Translations under genes and position numbers: made by a program
Shown here: positions 31,923 to 41,234 of the stretch, piece after piece
How the letters are laid out: each line of letters opens with the position of its first letter
Numbering within the stretch: position 1 is the stretch's first letter
From: Verrucomicrobiota bacterium
GTDB taxonomy: Bacteria; Verrucomicrobiota; Verrucomicrobiia; Limisphaerales; JADLHS01
NCBI GenBank assembly: GCA_025457745.1
Contig: JALOTT010000013.1
Span: forward strand, 1-41,707
Length of the DNA stretch: 41,707 nt
Direction of reading: 5' to 3'
The notes under the pieces: model-generated
Database searches by the model: none
What the model was told of the DNA's origin: nothing
The model's input: only the letters and a program-made list of their open reading frames with translations

Positions 31923-34433
31923 GTGTTTGAACAATGTCAGATTATGAACTTGCCCGCGTCGCAAGTCCTGCTGGTCGAAGACGACCCGAAATTGCCGGAG
32001 TTGCTCACCGCGCTCCTGCAAGACGCCAACATCACGCTCTCGCACGCCACCAACGCGGCGGACGCGATGGTGCTGGTGCGGGACACGCACGTTGATCTGG
32101 TCCTGCTGGATCTCGGATTGCCGGGCGCAAACGGTTTTGAATTCTTGAAGCAGGTGCGTGAGTCGCCGGAGACGCAGCACATTCCGGTGATCGTCGTCAC
32201 CGCGTGGAACGCCACGAGCGACAAGGTGCGCGGCTTCGAACTCGGCGCGACGGATTACCTGACCAAACCCTTTGAATCGGCGGAACTGCGGGCGCGGGTA
32301 TGCGCCGCGTTGCGGGCCAAGCGGCTGCAGGATGAAGTGAGCCAGACCAACCGCGAATTGACCGCCGCGCGGGTGGCCGCCGAAACCGCCGCGCGCGCCA
32401 AGGCGGAGTTTCTCGCCAACATGAGCCACGAAATCCGCACGCCGATGAACGGCGTCATCGCGATGTCGGGCCTGCTGCTGGAGACGGCGCTCACGCACGA
32501 GCAGCGCGGTTACGTGGAAACCATTTACGCCAGCAGCGACGCGCTGTTGACGATCATCAACGACATTCTGGACTTCTCAAAAATCGAATCGGGCAGGTTT
32601 GAACTGGAGACGCAGCCGTTCGATTTGCGCGCGGGCATAGAAGACGCGCTGGATTTGCTCGCGGCCAAGGCGGCGGAGAAGAAACTCGATCTCGCCTACC
32701 AGATGGAAGACGGCATCCCCGACCAAGTGCTGGGCGACGTGACGCGGTTGCGGCAGGTGCTCGTCAATCTGCTCGGCAACGCCGTCAAATTTACGGCGCA
32801 GGGTGAAGTGGTGGCGGGCGTCAGTGTGCTTTCGTCGCCCGAAGCGGGCGCCGGTGCGGCGCGTCCGTGGCATCTGCATTTTACCGTGCGCGACACGGGT
32901 ATCGGCATTCCGGTGGACCGCCTCGCGCAACTGTTCCGGCCCTTCACCCAGGCGGATGCTTCGACGACGCGCCATTACGGCGGCACGGGGTTGGGTCTGG
33001 CCATCAGCAAGCGTTTGGTGGAATTGATGGGCGGCAAAATGTGGGCCGAGAGTCTGCCGGACAAAGGCTCGACGTTTCATTTTACGTTGCCGTTTCACGC
33101 CGCGCCGCAGGCCCCGCGTTACGCGCTGGAAGGCCGGCAACCGCAACTGGCCGACCTGCGGCTGTTGATCGTGGACGACAACGTGACGAACTGCCGGATC
33201 CTGGCGCTCCAGACCACCAAATGGGGCATGATTGCGCGCGGCACCCACAGCGCACAACAGGCGCTCGAATGGTTGCGCGCCGGCGAACGGTTTGACCTGG
33301 CGATCCTAGACATGCAGATGCCCGGCATGGACGGCCTGATGCTCGCCGGGGAAATTCGCAAACTACCCGGCGCGATGACGCTGCCATTGGTGTTGCTCAC
33401 CTCAATGGGCGTGCATACCGACCGTCCTGATTTTGCGAACGCGGCGTTTGCCAGTTGCCTGACCAAACCGCTCAAGCCGACGCAACTTTTCGAATCCCTG
33501 GTGCGCGTCGTCTCCGGCGCGGCCAGACCCGCCGCGAAGACGTCTTCCGGTCCGGCCAAACTCGACCCCAAGCTGGCCGCGCGTTTGCCGTTGCGCGTAT
33601 TGCTGTGCGACGACAACGCCATCAACCAGAAGGTCGCGCTCCGGCTCCTGCAACAAATGGGCTATCGCCCCGACGTGGCCGGCGATGGCGTCGAAGCCCT
33701 CGCCCAGCTCGACCGCCAGTCGTACGACCTGATTTTTATGGACGTGATGATGCCCCGGATGGACGGGCTGGAAGCGACACGCCAGATTCGCGAGCGGCAA
33801 AAAAACCGCGCGCAATTTCCAAATTACAAGACGTCCATCATCATCGTTGCCATGACCGCCAGCGCGATGCCGGGCGACCGGGAGAAATGCCTTGCCGCCG
33901 GGATGGATGATTATCTCGCCAAGCCGGTGCGTCCGGAAGACATCCGTACGGTCGTCGAGCGTTGGGGCGCGATGGCGGGTCAGACGGAAGCGTCTGCGGC
34001 AACCACCCCAGCAACCGCCGCCGCGACCGCGCCGGACGAAACCGCCGCGCCGGCTACGCCCGCCGAAGAACCGCCGGTGGACATGGAGCGATTGAAAGAT
34101 TTTACGGACGGCAACGCGGACAGTTTGCGCGAGTTGATCACGCTTTATCTCCAGCAGACGAGCACGCAGGTCGAGCAACTCGAAGCTGCCGTGGCTGCCA
34201 ACCAGCCGCAGGAAGTGCGGCGGCTGGCCCATAGTTGCGCCGGGGCCAGCGCCACCTGCGGGATGCGCCGGCTCGTCCCCTTGCTGCGCGAATTGGAAAA
34301 ACAGGGCTACGAAGGCCAGTTGACCAACGGTGTTGAGTTGTGTAAAGGCGTGGTGCAGGAATTCGCGCGCATTCGTGAATTTCTCGCGCCGCACCTGCAA
34401 CCGTCGCCGGCGGCGCTGGCGGTTAATTCGTGA
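31923..34433 (+). CDS. hybrid histidine kinase: REC, coiled coil, HisKA, HATPase_c, REC, REC, HPt; no transmembrane or obvious sensor domain
   Basis: LLVEDD...[10 protein letters not shown]; H-box [15 protein letters not shown]; N/G boxes ([25 protein letters not shown]); two further DxxxMDxxMP receivers; an HPt-like [11 protein letters not shown]. An alternative ATG start lies at 31944. Confidence 0.88.
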   Translation: MFEQCQIMNLPASQVLLVEDDPKLPELLTALLQDANITLSHATNAADAMVLVRDTHVDLVLLDLGLPGANGFEFLKQVRESPETQHIPVIVVTAWNATSDKVRGFELGATDYLTKPFESAELRARVCAALRAKRLQDEVSQTNRELTAARVAAETAARAKAEFLANMSHEIRTPMNGVIAMSGLLLETALTHEQRGYVETIYASSDALLTIINDILDFSKIESGRFELETQPFDLRAGIEDALDLLAAKAAEKKLDLAYQMEDGIPDQVLGDVTRLRQVLVNLLGNAVKFTAQGEVVAGVSVLSSPEAGAGAARPWHLHFTVRDTGIGIPVDRLAQLFRPFTQADASTTRHYGGTGLGLAISKRLVELMGGKMWAESLPDKGSTFHFTLPFHAAPQAPRYALEGRQPQLADLRLLIVDDNVTNCRILALQTTKWGMIARGTHSAQQALEWLRAGERFDLAILDMQMPGMDGLMLAGEIRKLPGAMTLPLVLLTSMGVHTDRPDFANAAFASCLTKPLKPTQLFESLVRVVSGAARPAAKTSSGPAKLDPKLAARLPLRVLLCDDNAINQKVALRLLQQMGYRPDVAGDGVEALAQLDRQSYDLIFMDVMMPRMDGLEATRQIRERQKNRAQFPNYKTSIIIVAMTASAMPGDREKCLAAGMDDYLAKPVRPEDIRTVVERWGAMAGQTEASAATTPATAAATAPDETAAPATPAEEPPVDMERLKDFTDGNADSLRELITLYLQQTSTQVEQLEAAVAANQPQEVRRLAHSCAGASATCGMRRLVPLLRELEKQGYEGQLTNGVELCKGVVQEFARIREFLAPHLQPSPAALAVNS

Positions 34434-35653
34434 TCATGAACAAAATTCTCATCATCGAAGACGACCAGATCGTGGCCAACATCTATAGGAACAAGCTTTC
34501 CGTGGAAGGCTACAAGGTTGAAGTCGCGCTGGACGGCGAAGTGGGACGCGAAATGATTAAATCATTCCGGCCGGACGCCATCGTGCTGGATCTGATGCTG
34601 CCGAAGATCACGGGCTTGGAGCTGATGAAGGAGATTCGAGCCGAGCCGGGTTTCGAGAAGGTTCCGGTCATCGTCTTCTCAAACACCTACCTCACCAACA
34701 TGGTGCAGGAAGCATGGAAAGCCGGGGCCACCAAATGCCTTTCCAAGGCCAACTGCACCCCCAAGCAGGTGCTGGATGTTGTACGCAGCGCGCTCGGCAA
34801 GAACGGCGACGCGACCACGTCGGCGTCGGCGCCCGCGCCGCCAACCCGCCCCACCCCAGCCGCGCCACGGGACGCAGTCCCGGCGGCTGCCGAGGTCTTG
34901 CCCCCCTGTGATTCTGACGTGGAATTCCAGGCCGACTTGCGCAAATCCTTGCTCGAAAGCTTGCCCGCCACCCTTGCCACGCTCCGCTTGCTGTTGCAAA
35001 GCCTCGTCAAGACCGAGAGCGAGATGGTGCGCCTCAAGCAGATCCACGAGTTATACCGCCGCGTCCATGCGCTCACGGGCAACGCGGGCATCGCCGGCAT
35101 GTTCCTGATTTCGCAAATGGCCGATGCGTTCGAAGCGTTGCTCAAGGAACTTTACGAAAAGCCGAAAAACATCAACGCCTCCACGCTGCGCACCCTTGCG
35201 GTTGCGGTGGATTTCCTCGGCTTTCTTTTTGATCACGGCACGGACGCGAACAAACAGGCGCCATGCCCGGCCAATATCCTGGTGGTGGACGACGAAGCGA
35301 TTTCGCGCCGCGCCGTGACCTACGCGCTGGAAAAAGCCAAGCTGAAATCCGTCAGCGTCGAAGACCCGAACGCCGCCTACGAATTGCTCTTGGATCGGAA
35401 ATTTGACCTGGTGTTCCTCGACGTGGACATGCCCGGAATGAATGGCTTCGAGTTGTGCACCAAGCTGCGCGCGTTGCCGACGTACAAGAAAACGCCGGTC
35501 GTCTTCGTCACCAGCCTCAACGATTTTGAAAGCCGCGCCAGTTCCATGATGAGCGGCGGAAACGATTTCATCGCCAAACCCTTCCTCTTCATCGAACTCG
35601 CCGTCAAGGCGCTCGTTTACGTGCTGCGTGGAAAATTCGACCCGGCGGCGTAG
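34430..35653 (+). CDS. REC-HPt-REC phosphorelay protein
   Basis: N-terminal receiver (ILIIEDD...[10 protein letters not shown]), central HPt-like [14 protein letters not shown]-terminal receiver (ILVVDDE...[14 protein letters not shown]). GTG at 34430 overlaps the kinase stop; the ATG at 34436 is an alternative start. Confidence 0.8.
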   Translation: MIMNKILIIEDDQIVANIYRNKLSVEGYKVEVALDGEVGREMIKSFRPDAIVLDLMLPKITGLELMKEIRAEPGFEKVPVIVFSNTYLTNMVQEAWKAGATKCLSKANCTPKQVLDVVRSALGKNGDATTSASAPAPPTRPTPAAPRDAVPAAAEVLPPCDSDVEFQADLRKSLLESLPATLATLRLLLQSLVKTESEMVRLKQIHELYRRVHALTGNAGIAGMFLISQMADAFEALLKELYEKPKNINASTLRTLAVAVDFLGFLFDHGTDANKQAPCPANILVVDDEAISRRAVTYALEKAKLKSVSVEDPNAAYELLLDRKFDLVFLDVDMPGMNGFELCTKLRALPTYKKTPVVFVTSLNDFESRASSMMSGGNDFIAKPFLFIELAVKALVYVLRGKFDPAA

Positions 35654-35705
35654 GGCACTGCGGCAATCCGATTCGGTATCCCGCCGAACTTCGTCGTGAG
35701 ACGGT

Positions 35706-37340
35706 CTATTTTCCCGTCTTCATCACCAGCAGCCAGTCGCCCGGATCGGGCGTGGAAAACTGGCAGGTGTTTCCGCTGACCAACGCGACCGCCGGACTGC
35801 GCCGGCCCGTGCGCGGATTGATCCACGTGATTGACGGCAACGGCGGCAACACCGGCAACGACAACTCCACCGTGCGATCTTCCGGCACGTAAATCACCGT
35901 CAAGTCGCGCGCTTCCGTCGTTGCCACGGCGATGTGCCGTCCCGGCGACTGCAAGCCCGGTTGGCGGGTCAACAAACTCTGCGCCGGCCGGAGCCGCCGA
36001 AAATCAATCGAGCCAAAAATCTCGGCGAGCAGCGCGACGCTTTTGGCGCCGGGCAGGAACAAGGCCTCCCGCCATTGGGGCAGATTTCGCGGCCGGACAT
36101 TTGAGTCCGTCGTGGCGTTGGTGGTCCAGGTCATCACTGGCAACGCGGCATAGCTCACGCCGGCGGTTGGATTCATCAACGAGTTCCACCAAAGCAGATG
36201 GCGCGCATCGTCGCCGTTGGGGGCAGATTCGGCGGGCGGAGAGAGGTTGAGGATCGGGCGCGGTGGCGCTTTTCGCCATTCGACCGATAACGGTCCGGCC
36301 AGCATCCATTGGAGCGAGTCGTCGGTCGTCGTCGTCGCGGGAAAGCCGAAAACATCCACCCACGCTTCGCTACGGAATTCATCGAGCAACCAGTGCGTTT
36401 CGCCGGGGAGCAAAACCACCGGCGCGTGGTCGCGGTCGCCGAACACCGCGCGGCCAATGCGTTTCCAGCGGTCCATGTTTCTTCCGAGGCTGTCCCCCTC
36501 GAACGCCAGCAACCAGGCGATGTGGTTTGCGCCCCAACGGGCGACCGCGTGACGGACGAGCAGGGTGGCTTGGTCTTCCGGCAGTGCGTCGTCCACCAAG
36601 CCAGATTCCTGGAGCGGCACGATGGCGCTCAACAGCCCGGCGCGATTCAACGCGTCCACTTTCTCATCGAGTCGTTGGAAAAAATTCACGTTGATGGCAA
36701 ACCCGTTTGTGATCGTGAACGCGGTGTCACCTTTAACGTCGCGGCCCGGCGCGACCGTCCAGTGTGCCGCGGTGAACCGCTGTTGGGCGCGGATGCTGGC
36801 GTAAAGCCGCCAGTCGTTCAAATCGGAGCGGCGCGCGGCGTCACCGGCCGAGTCGCCCAACCACAGGAACGGCCTGCCGTCCGCGTGTTCAAAGTGGCGA
36901 CGGTCGCGGGCGACGCGCACCGGGCCATGCCGGTCGAGCACCGTCTTGTTCAGCGGCGCGGTGCAGACGAACTCGCCTGTTTGATTGTCCAAACCGGCGT
37001 TTGACTTGTCCGTGCATGAAACCGTGAACATCCAGCGTCCGGGCAGGTCTGGCGAAAAGCGCACGCGCCAGATTTTTCCGCCATCCCAAAAACCGGAAAC
37101 GCGGTTGGTTTCACCCTGCGGCGAAACAAACACCGCGCTCAACGTCACTTCCTGGACGGGGTTGGAATAATTGACGCTGCTCTTAAGCGCCAGCTCGAAG
37201 CGTCCCCACTTGGGGACGACTGGCAGTTGGGATGAACGCGTTGCGGCGGGCGTCTGGGCTGGCATGACCAGTAACGCCGCGAGCGGCAGCCAGACTTTTT
37301 GTCCGGCCACAAAATTTGCAATGCGACGAAAGTTGCTCAT
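35706..37340 (-). CDS. putative glycoside hydrolase (DUF5060 Ig-like N-domain plus DUF4038/GH140-like barrel)
   Basis: Signal peptide. GRFELALKS...VSGFWDGGKIWRVRFSP..GRWMF pattern, followed by PFLWLGDSA. Assignment is from memory of these families. Confidence 0.5.
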   Translation of the reverse strand: MSNFRRIANFVAGQKVWLPLAALLVMPAQTPAATRSSQLPVVPKWGRFELALKSSVNYSNPVQEVTLSAVFVSPQGETNRVSGFWDGGKIWRVRFSPDLPGRWMFTVSCTDKSNAGLDNQTGEFVCTAPLNKTVLDRHGPVRVARDRRHFEHADGRPFLWLGDSAGDAARRSDLNDWRLYASIRAQQRFTAAHWTVAPGRDVKGDTAFTITNGFAINVNFFQRLDEKVDALNRAGLLSAIVPLQESGLVDDALPEDQATLLVRHAVARWGANHIAWLLAFEGDSLGRNMDRWKRIGRAVFGDRDHAPVVLLPGETHWLLDEFRSEAWVDVFGFPATTTTDDSLQWMLAGPLSVEWRKAPPRPILNLSPPAESAPNGDDARHLLWWNSLMNPTAGVSYAALPVMTWTTNATTDSNVRPRNLPQWREALFLPGAKSVALLAEIFGSIDFRRLRPAQSLLTRQPGLQSPGRHIAVATTEARDLTVIYVPEDRTVELSLPVLPPLPSITWINPRTGRRSPAVALVSGNTCQFSTPDPGDWLLVMKTGK

Positions 37341-37373
37341 CCGGCGGTTCTCTCAAACGGCGCGGGTTTCATC

Positions 37374-38300
37374 TCACCTCAATTCGCCGCCGGTGTCAAT
37401 CGGTTGCTGGGTGGTGTGATGTTGACCCACAAAATTACGATCGGAAGTGGATTTTGCTGGAGGGTGGATTGGAGGGGTAAAAATTGTGGGGATCGTGCTT
37501 GGGAAAGATTTTGAGCGGGCGTTTTGCGGTGGGATGAGGTTATGAACTCTCGTTGTGAAGGGTTTGGCGTGGGCGGCGGACACCGTGGTCTTGCGCCAAG
37601 CTTGTCGGCCCCGGCGTTGCGACCAGTTCAACCATGCTCCGGGCACCAGCACCCGCGCCACCCATTGCCGCGAGCCCCGGCTCAACCGTCCCGGCAGGAG
37701 CGCCCGTTTCTTCATCAGCGTCCGGACCCGCCGGCCCTGGCACTCGTCGGTCAAGTCCACCAACTTGATCGCCACCATCAGATCATAGGCCAGCCCAGCG
37801 ATCAGGTAATCAACCCAGTTGCCGATCAGCGCCGAGCAGGGTGGGGCAGGCCCATCCCGTTCAACCCTTCGTCAAAGAATCGTTTCTTCCCACCTTTGAG
37901 ATGATGCCATTCGGCGGTCAACGCCGCGGCGCGCTGATTTTGGTCGCACGCGATGAAGCCGCGGGTTTCAAACGGATTCACTTTGCGCCGTACGGTGGCG
38001 AAGCGGTGCGGCGTGGTGCAGCCCTCGGGTTGACGGCTCATAAAGGGATGATGTGCTTTCCCGCTCGGTTTCCGCGCCGTGGCGGGCAACTCGCACGCCG
38101 TGCGCTCCAACGGCCCGGTCCACTTGTTGTAGCTCACCGTGTCGGGCCAGCCTTCGGCGGCAATTACGGTGATTACCGCCCGGCAATAGTCCTGGAAGAA
38201 AATAACTCCCGCCGCGCACGCCGAGGCGTTTAAGCTGTCGTTTGCCCCCGCGAAAAGGCGCTGCTGGGTCGCGAGCGCGGAAATTGAAACGGAAGGAAGT
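37374..38300 (-). mobile_element. IS1380-like DDE transposase remnant: N-terminally truncated and frameshifted
   Basis: ...AEWHHLKGGKKRFFDEGLNGMGLPHP, then a frame change in the ccccaccc run near 37830-37845, then CSALIGNWVDYLIAGLAYDLMVAIKL...TLMKKRALLPGRLSRGSRQWV. This pattern (E..f.E.k..lgl..lP....aN.....i..lAYnL) is typical of IS1380/IS4-type C-termini. The frame stays open up to the tRNA relic at 38301. Confidence 0.5.
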
Positions 38301-38380
38301 TGGCGGAGAGAGGGGGATTCGAACCCCCGGTAGGGCTTTAGGCCCTACAACGGTTTAGCAAACCTGCTTACATGCTCTCC
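38301..38380 (-). pseudogene. tRNA-Ser(GCT)-derived relic lacking a D-arm; probable att-site remnant
   Basis: The 3' 64 nt are canonical: anticodon loop TTGCTAA, long variable arm GTAGGGCC-TAAA-GCCCTAC, T arm GGGGG-TTCGAAT-CCCCC, acceptor TCTCTCC-G-CCA. A 5' GGAGAG is present, but only about 9 nt separate it from the anticodon stem. Confidence 0.7.
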
Positions 38381-38415
38381 GCACCATTGATTTTACAGTA
38401 TTATCTAAATAGGCT

Positions 38416-38445
38416 TTGACATTTGACCAACGATTTGCCCATAAT
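38416..38445 (+). promoter_or_regulatory. sigma70-like promoter candidate for the integrase gene
   Basis: TTGACA (38416-38421), 18-nt spacer, CATAAT (38440-38445). The integrase ATG lies at 38452, so the leader would be very short or absent. Confidence 0.35.
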
Positions 38446-38451
38446 GCAGGC

Positions 38452-39726
38452 ATGACAATAAGTGCAACCAAGACCGAAGGCAAATCGGTCAAATCCCGCA
38501 AAGGCAAACGCAATCGCGCCCCAGCCAGCAAGGAACGGTTTCATATCAATCACTTCGTCAACCCATCCGGCGAAGCTGTTTTCCGCGTCGCCGGTTACAA
38601 GCCGGACGGTACACGAGTCCGCGAGAATTGGCAGACCGAGGAGGAGGCTGTCGGGCGCAAAGCCGAACTGGACATCGAAGCCGCCAACATCAAGACCGCC
38701 ACGGCCACCCGGCTCAAAGCAACTCGCCTGACCGACGACCAGATTCGTGAGGCCGAAGCCGCTTACACCAAACTCGACGGCAAGCCCTTGCTCGCAATCC
38801 TCGCCTGCGGCCTCGCCAATTACCGCGACACGCTCCGCAAGATCACCGTCGAAGCAGCCTACGATAAGTTCATCGCCGAAAAAGAGAAACAGAACAAACG
38901 CCCGGACACGCTCCGCAACTTGCGCGGTCGGGTTGGCATGTTCAAAAAGCTTTACCCCGAAAAACTCGTTTCCGACATCACGCAGCAGACTTGCTCCGAC
39001 TTCATCTTCCGCGACGGAACTTCGCCCCGCAACCAGGTCAACGACCGCCTCGCCGTCAGCAACTTTTTCGCGTGGGCCGTCCGCCGCGAATACGCCGCCG
39101 TCAACCCGATGGCGAAGGTTGACCGCCCCGAAGTGGACGACACCGAACCGCAAATCCTCGCGCTGGCGGATTGCCGCCGCCTGCTGGCATCCGCCCGCGA
39201 CTACAAAGACGGCTTGCTCCTGCCCTACGTCGCGCTTGGCCTGTTCGCCGGGCTGCGCCCCGCCGAACTGTCCCGGCTGACTTGGAACAAGATAGACCTC
39301 GACGATAGCACCGTCACCCTTGACGGCAGCATGGCCAAGACCCGCCAGCGCCGGATCGTCAAGCTGTCGAAAAACGCCGTCGCTTGGCTCAACCCCTACG
39401 CCGTAGAGCGCCCGCCGTTCACCAGCGCAAACTTCCAACGCCACTTCGCCAGAGTAAAAAACGCCGCCGGGTTCAACGGCAAAGAAGGCGAGAAGGGCTT
39501 GCGGCCCTGGGTGCCGGATTACATGCGGCACACGGCCATCAGCCACCACTTCGCCCACCACAAGCACGAGGGCGAAACCGCGAGTTGGGCCGGCAACTCC
39601 CCGAACGTCATCCACAAACACTACAAGGCGCTCGTCAAGGAAGCCGAAGCCAAAGAGTTTTGGGAAATCACGCCGGAAACCGTCAAAGGCGAAATCACGA
39701 AGCTCCCCACCAAAGCCGCCGCCTGA
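38452..39726 (+). CDS. int: tyrosine recombinase / phage-type integrase
   Basis: Catalytic-domain pattern: GLRPAELSRLTW (Arg I), MRHTAISHH (H-x-x-R), NVIHKHYKA (catalytic Tyr). N-terminal Arm/SAM-like domain. Sits next to the tRNA relic. Confidence 0.88.
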   Translation: MTISATKTEGKSVKSRKGKRNRAPASKERFHINHFVNPSGEAVFRVAGYKPDGTRVRENWQTEEEAVGRKAELDIEAANIKTATATRLKATRLTDDQIREAEAAYTKLDGKPLLAILACGLANYRDTLRKITVEAAYDKFIAEKEKQNKRPDTLRNLRGRVGMFKKLYPEKLVSDITQQTCSDFIFRDGTSPRNQVNDRLAVSNFFAWAVRREYAAVNPMAKVDRPEVDDTEPQILALADCRRLLASARDYKDGLLLPYVALGLFAGLRPAELSRLTWNKIDLDDSTVTLDGSMAKTRQRRIVKLSKNAVAWLNPYAVERPPFTSANFQRHFARVKNAAGFNGKEGEKGLRPWVPDYMRHTAISHHFAHHKHEGETASWAGNSPNVIHKHYKALVKEAEAKEFWEITPETVKGEITKLPTKAAA

Positions 39727-39753
39727 GCGGGTAGTGACGCAGTTTGAGCCGCG

Positions 39754-40326
39754 CTAAACGTCCTTCCCGCAGCAATGCTTAAACTTCTTACCGCTTCCAC
39801 ACGCACATTTATCATTGCGGGCTTGTTTCGGGGCCGAATGTATCGGTTGCGGTTTTACGAAATCAATGCGTTCGGTTGAAGGGCAACGAAACGAGAAGCA
39901 TGTTTTACCGTCTTTGTGGGTTACCGCAAAATCGCCTACGCCAATGATGTCCATCCCGATTAAAAGATGGGTATCTTGAGCCATATCGCCTTTTGTGACG
40001 CGCACATTAGAGCACCGAACCCCATTGGGAAGAATTATGTTAACAAAATACACCTCGGAATTTCTGCTGCCATTTCCGGTATGAACTATTGCCATTCCGA
40101 TTGGCTTTAGTCCGCAGGCATCCACAACCTTTTGCGAAATAACCGAATTGGTTGCGCCGGTATCCCAAATCGCATCGAATTGGACTTGTTGTGGGTGGGG
40201 AGAGGTCGAATTAGGATCAAACGCAGCCGACACATGGGCTGCCGTTTTCAAGACTGAAAGGCGACCGTCAGCCGATAATGTAAAACTCTGCGACCGAATT
40301 GTAGGCGGACTAGGCGAAGGCGACAC
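39754..40326 (-). CDS. retropepsin-like (clan AA) aspartic protease fused to a C-terminal SEC-C metal-binding motif
   Basis: Active-site motif AIWDTGATNSVIS, flap/dimerisation-like LLIGMDIIG, C-terminal CACGSGKKFKHCCG. GTG start overlaps the upstream ORF by 17 nt. AT-rich compared with its surroundings. Confidence 0.7.
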   Translation of the reverse strand: MSPSPSPPTIRSQSFTLSADGRLSVLKTAAHVSAAFDPNSTSPHPQQVQFDAIWDTGATNSVISQKVVDACGLKPIGMAIVHTGNGSRNSEVYFVNIILPNGVRCSNVRVTKGDMAQDTHLLIGMDIIGVGDFAVTHKDGKTCFSFRCPSTERIDFVKPQPIHSAPKQARNDKCACGSGKKFKHCCGKDV

Positions 40327-40567
40327 GGGAATGGTAGGTCTGCGTGTAGCCAGCGCTTCCGGGTTCGCATTTCTGGACTAAAAAAGTCCCAAGCCGGTGA
40401 CTCTTTACAGTTTCTTGGATTGCCTGGACTTCGGAATCGTATGAGCCAATGACTTTTTGGTCTTTGATCACAACATGCTTCCCACCAAATTTTTCTACCA
40501 ATTCGTTTTGGTGTTCCAGGTAATAATTAAATTCTGTTTCGAGCGGATTAGCCATAATCGTTTCCAT
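40310..40567 (-). CDS. small hypothetical protein (85 aa), DUF5678-like by eye; upstream partner of the protease
   Basis: FNYYLEHQNELVEKFGGKHVVIKDQKVIGSYDSEVQAIQ resembles small 'GKWVAI.dg.V' proteins. Same strand as the protease ORF and overlapping it. Confidence 0.5.
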   Translation of the reverse strand: METIMANPLETEFNYYLEHQNELVEKFGGKHVVIKDQKVIGSYDSEVQAIQETVKSHRLGTFLVQKCEPGSAGYTQTYHSRVAFA

Positions 40568-40702
40568 CCACGAAAAGAGTAGTGGAATAGCATGATTCAG
40601 TCAATACATCTGTTTATCTTGATGAATTGATATTGCAACTTTAATCAAGCAGGCCAACGAATTACTGCGTACGTAGAACGGGCCGGGTTTCCATCTCCAG
40701 CG

Positions 40703-40906
40703 CTACCGCTGAATCACGGCCACCCGAAAGCGGTCCAGCCACCCGGCGAGATCAGAATGACGATACCTGATTACCTTGCCGGTAATCCTCAGATGCGGCA
40801 CACCCCGCTTTCTTCGCCATAACCGCAACGTGCGGGGCGTAATTCCCAGGAATCTTGCCGCCTCGATTTCAGTCAGCAAAGTTTGACCGTCCAAGTAAGT
40901 ATTCAT
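40703..40906 (-). CDS. AlpA/excisionase-family helix-turn-helix DNA-binding protein
   Basis: 67 aa. LLTEIEAARFLGITPRTLRLWRRKRGVPHLRITGKVIRYRHSDLAGWLD matches the HTH_17/MerR-type excisionase pattern. The rest of the 110-aa ORF upstream of this ATG is Gly/Ser noise. Confidence 0.7.
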   Translation of the reverse strand: MNTYLDGQTLLTEIEAARFLGITPRTLRLWRRKRGVPHLRITGKVIRYRHSDLAGWLDRFRVAVIQR

Positions 40907-40967
40907 CCGTGTTTCCCCTTTCAGTTTTGTATTTTCTACTTTCTGCTTTCCTTCCCACCCTCCACCC

Positions 40968-41234
40968 TTGCGCCCGATGCAACCGTCGCCCCAGCCGTAC
41001 CCGCAGCCCCGGACGCTCGACGAACTGCTCGCCAACGCCGAGCACTACGCCGACTTCTGCATGCGCAACTCGGGCCGCGTCACGCCCGCGCTTTTCCTCA
41101 TCGGGCCGGACGGCCAGGGCATGGTCTGTCCCGAAAGCCTGGCGGACGACCGCGCCAAAGACGACTTCGCCAATAATGCGCGCCTCGTGTGCATCGCCGC
41201 GCGCGTCTGCCTTGGCAGGTGTTTGCCGAGTTGA
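40968..41234 (+). pseudogene. island-borne hypothetical gene, apparently 3'-truncated near 41195-41215
   Basis: TLDELLANAEHYADFCMRNSGRVTPALFLIGPDGQGMVCPESLADDRAKDDFANNARLVCIA looks protein-like. The last ~12 codons (RVCLGRCLPS) look like read-through into unrelated DNA. Confidence 0.4.

Noticed and set aside
38301-38390. Calling this a functional tRNA-Ser gene
   Set aside because: No D-arm can be folded. Only about 9 nt separate the 5' acceptor strand from the anticodon stem, and two positions of the 5' anticodon-stem strand do not pair. It is reported as a relic or att site instead.
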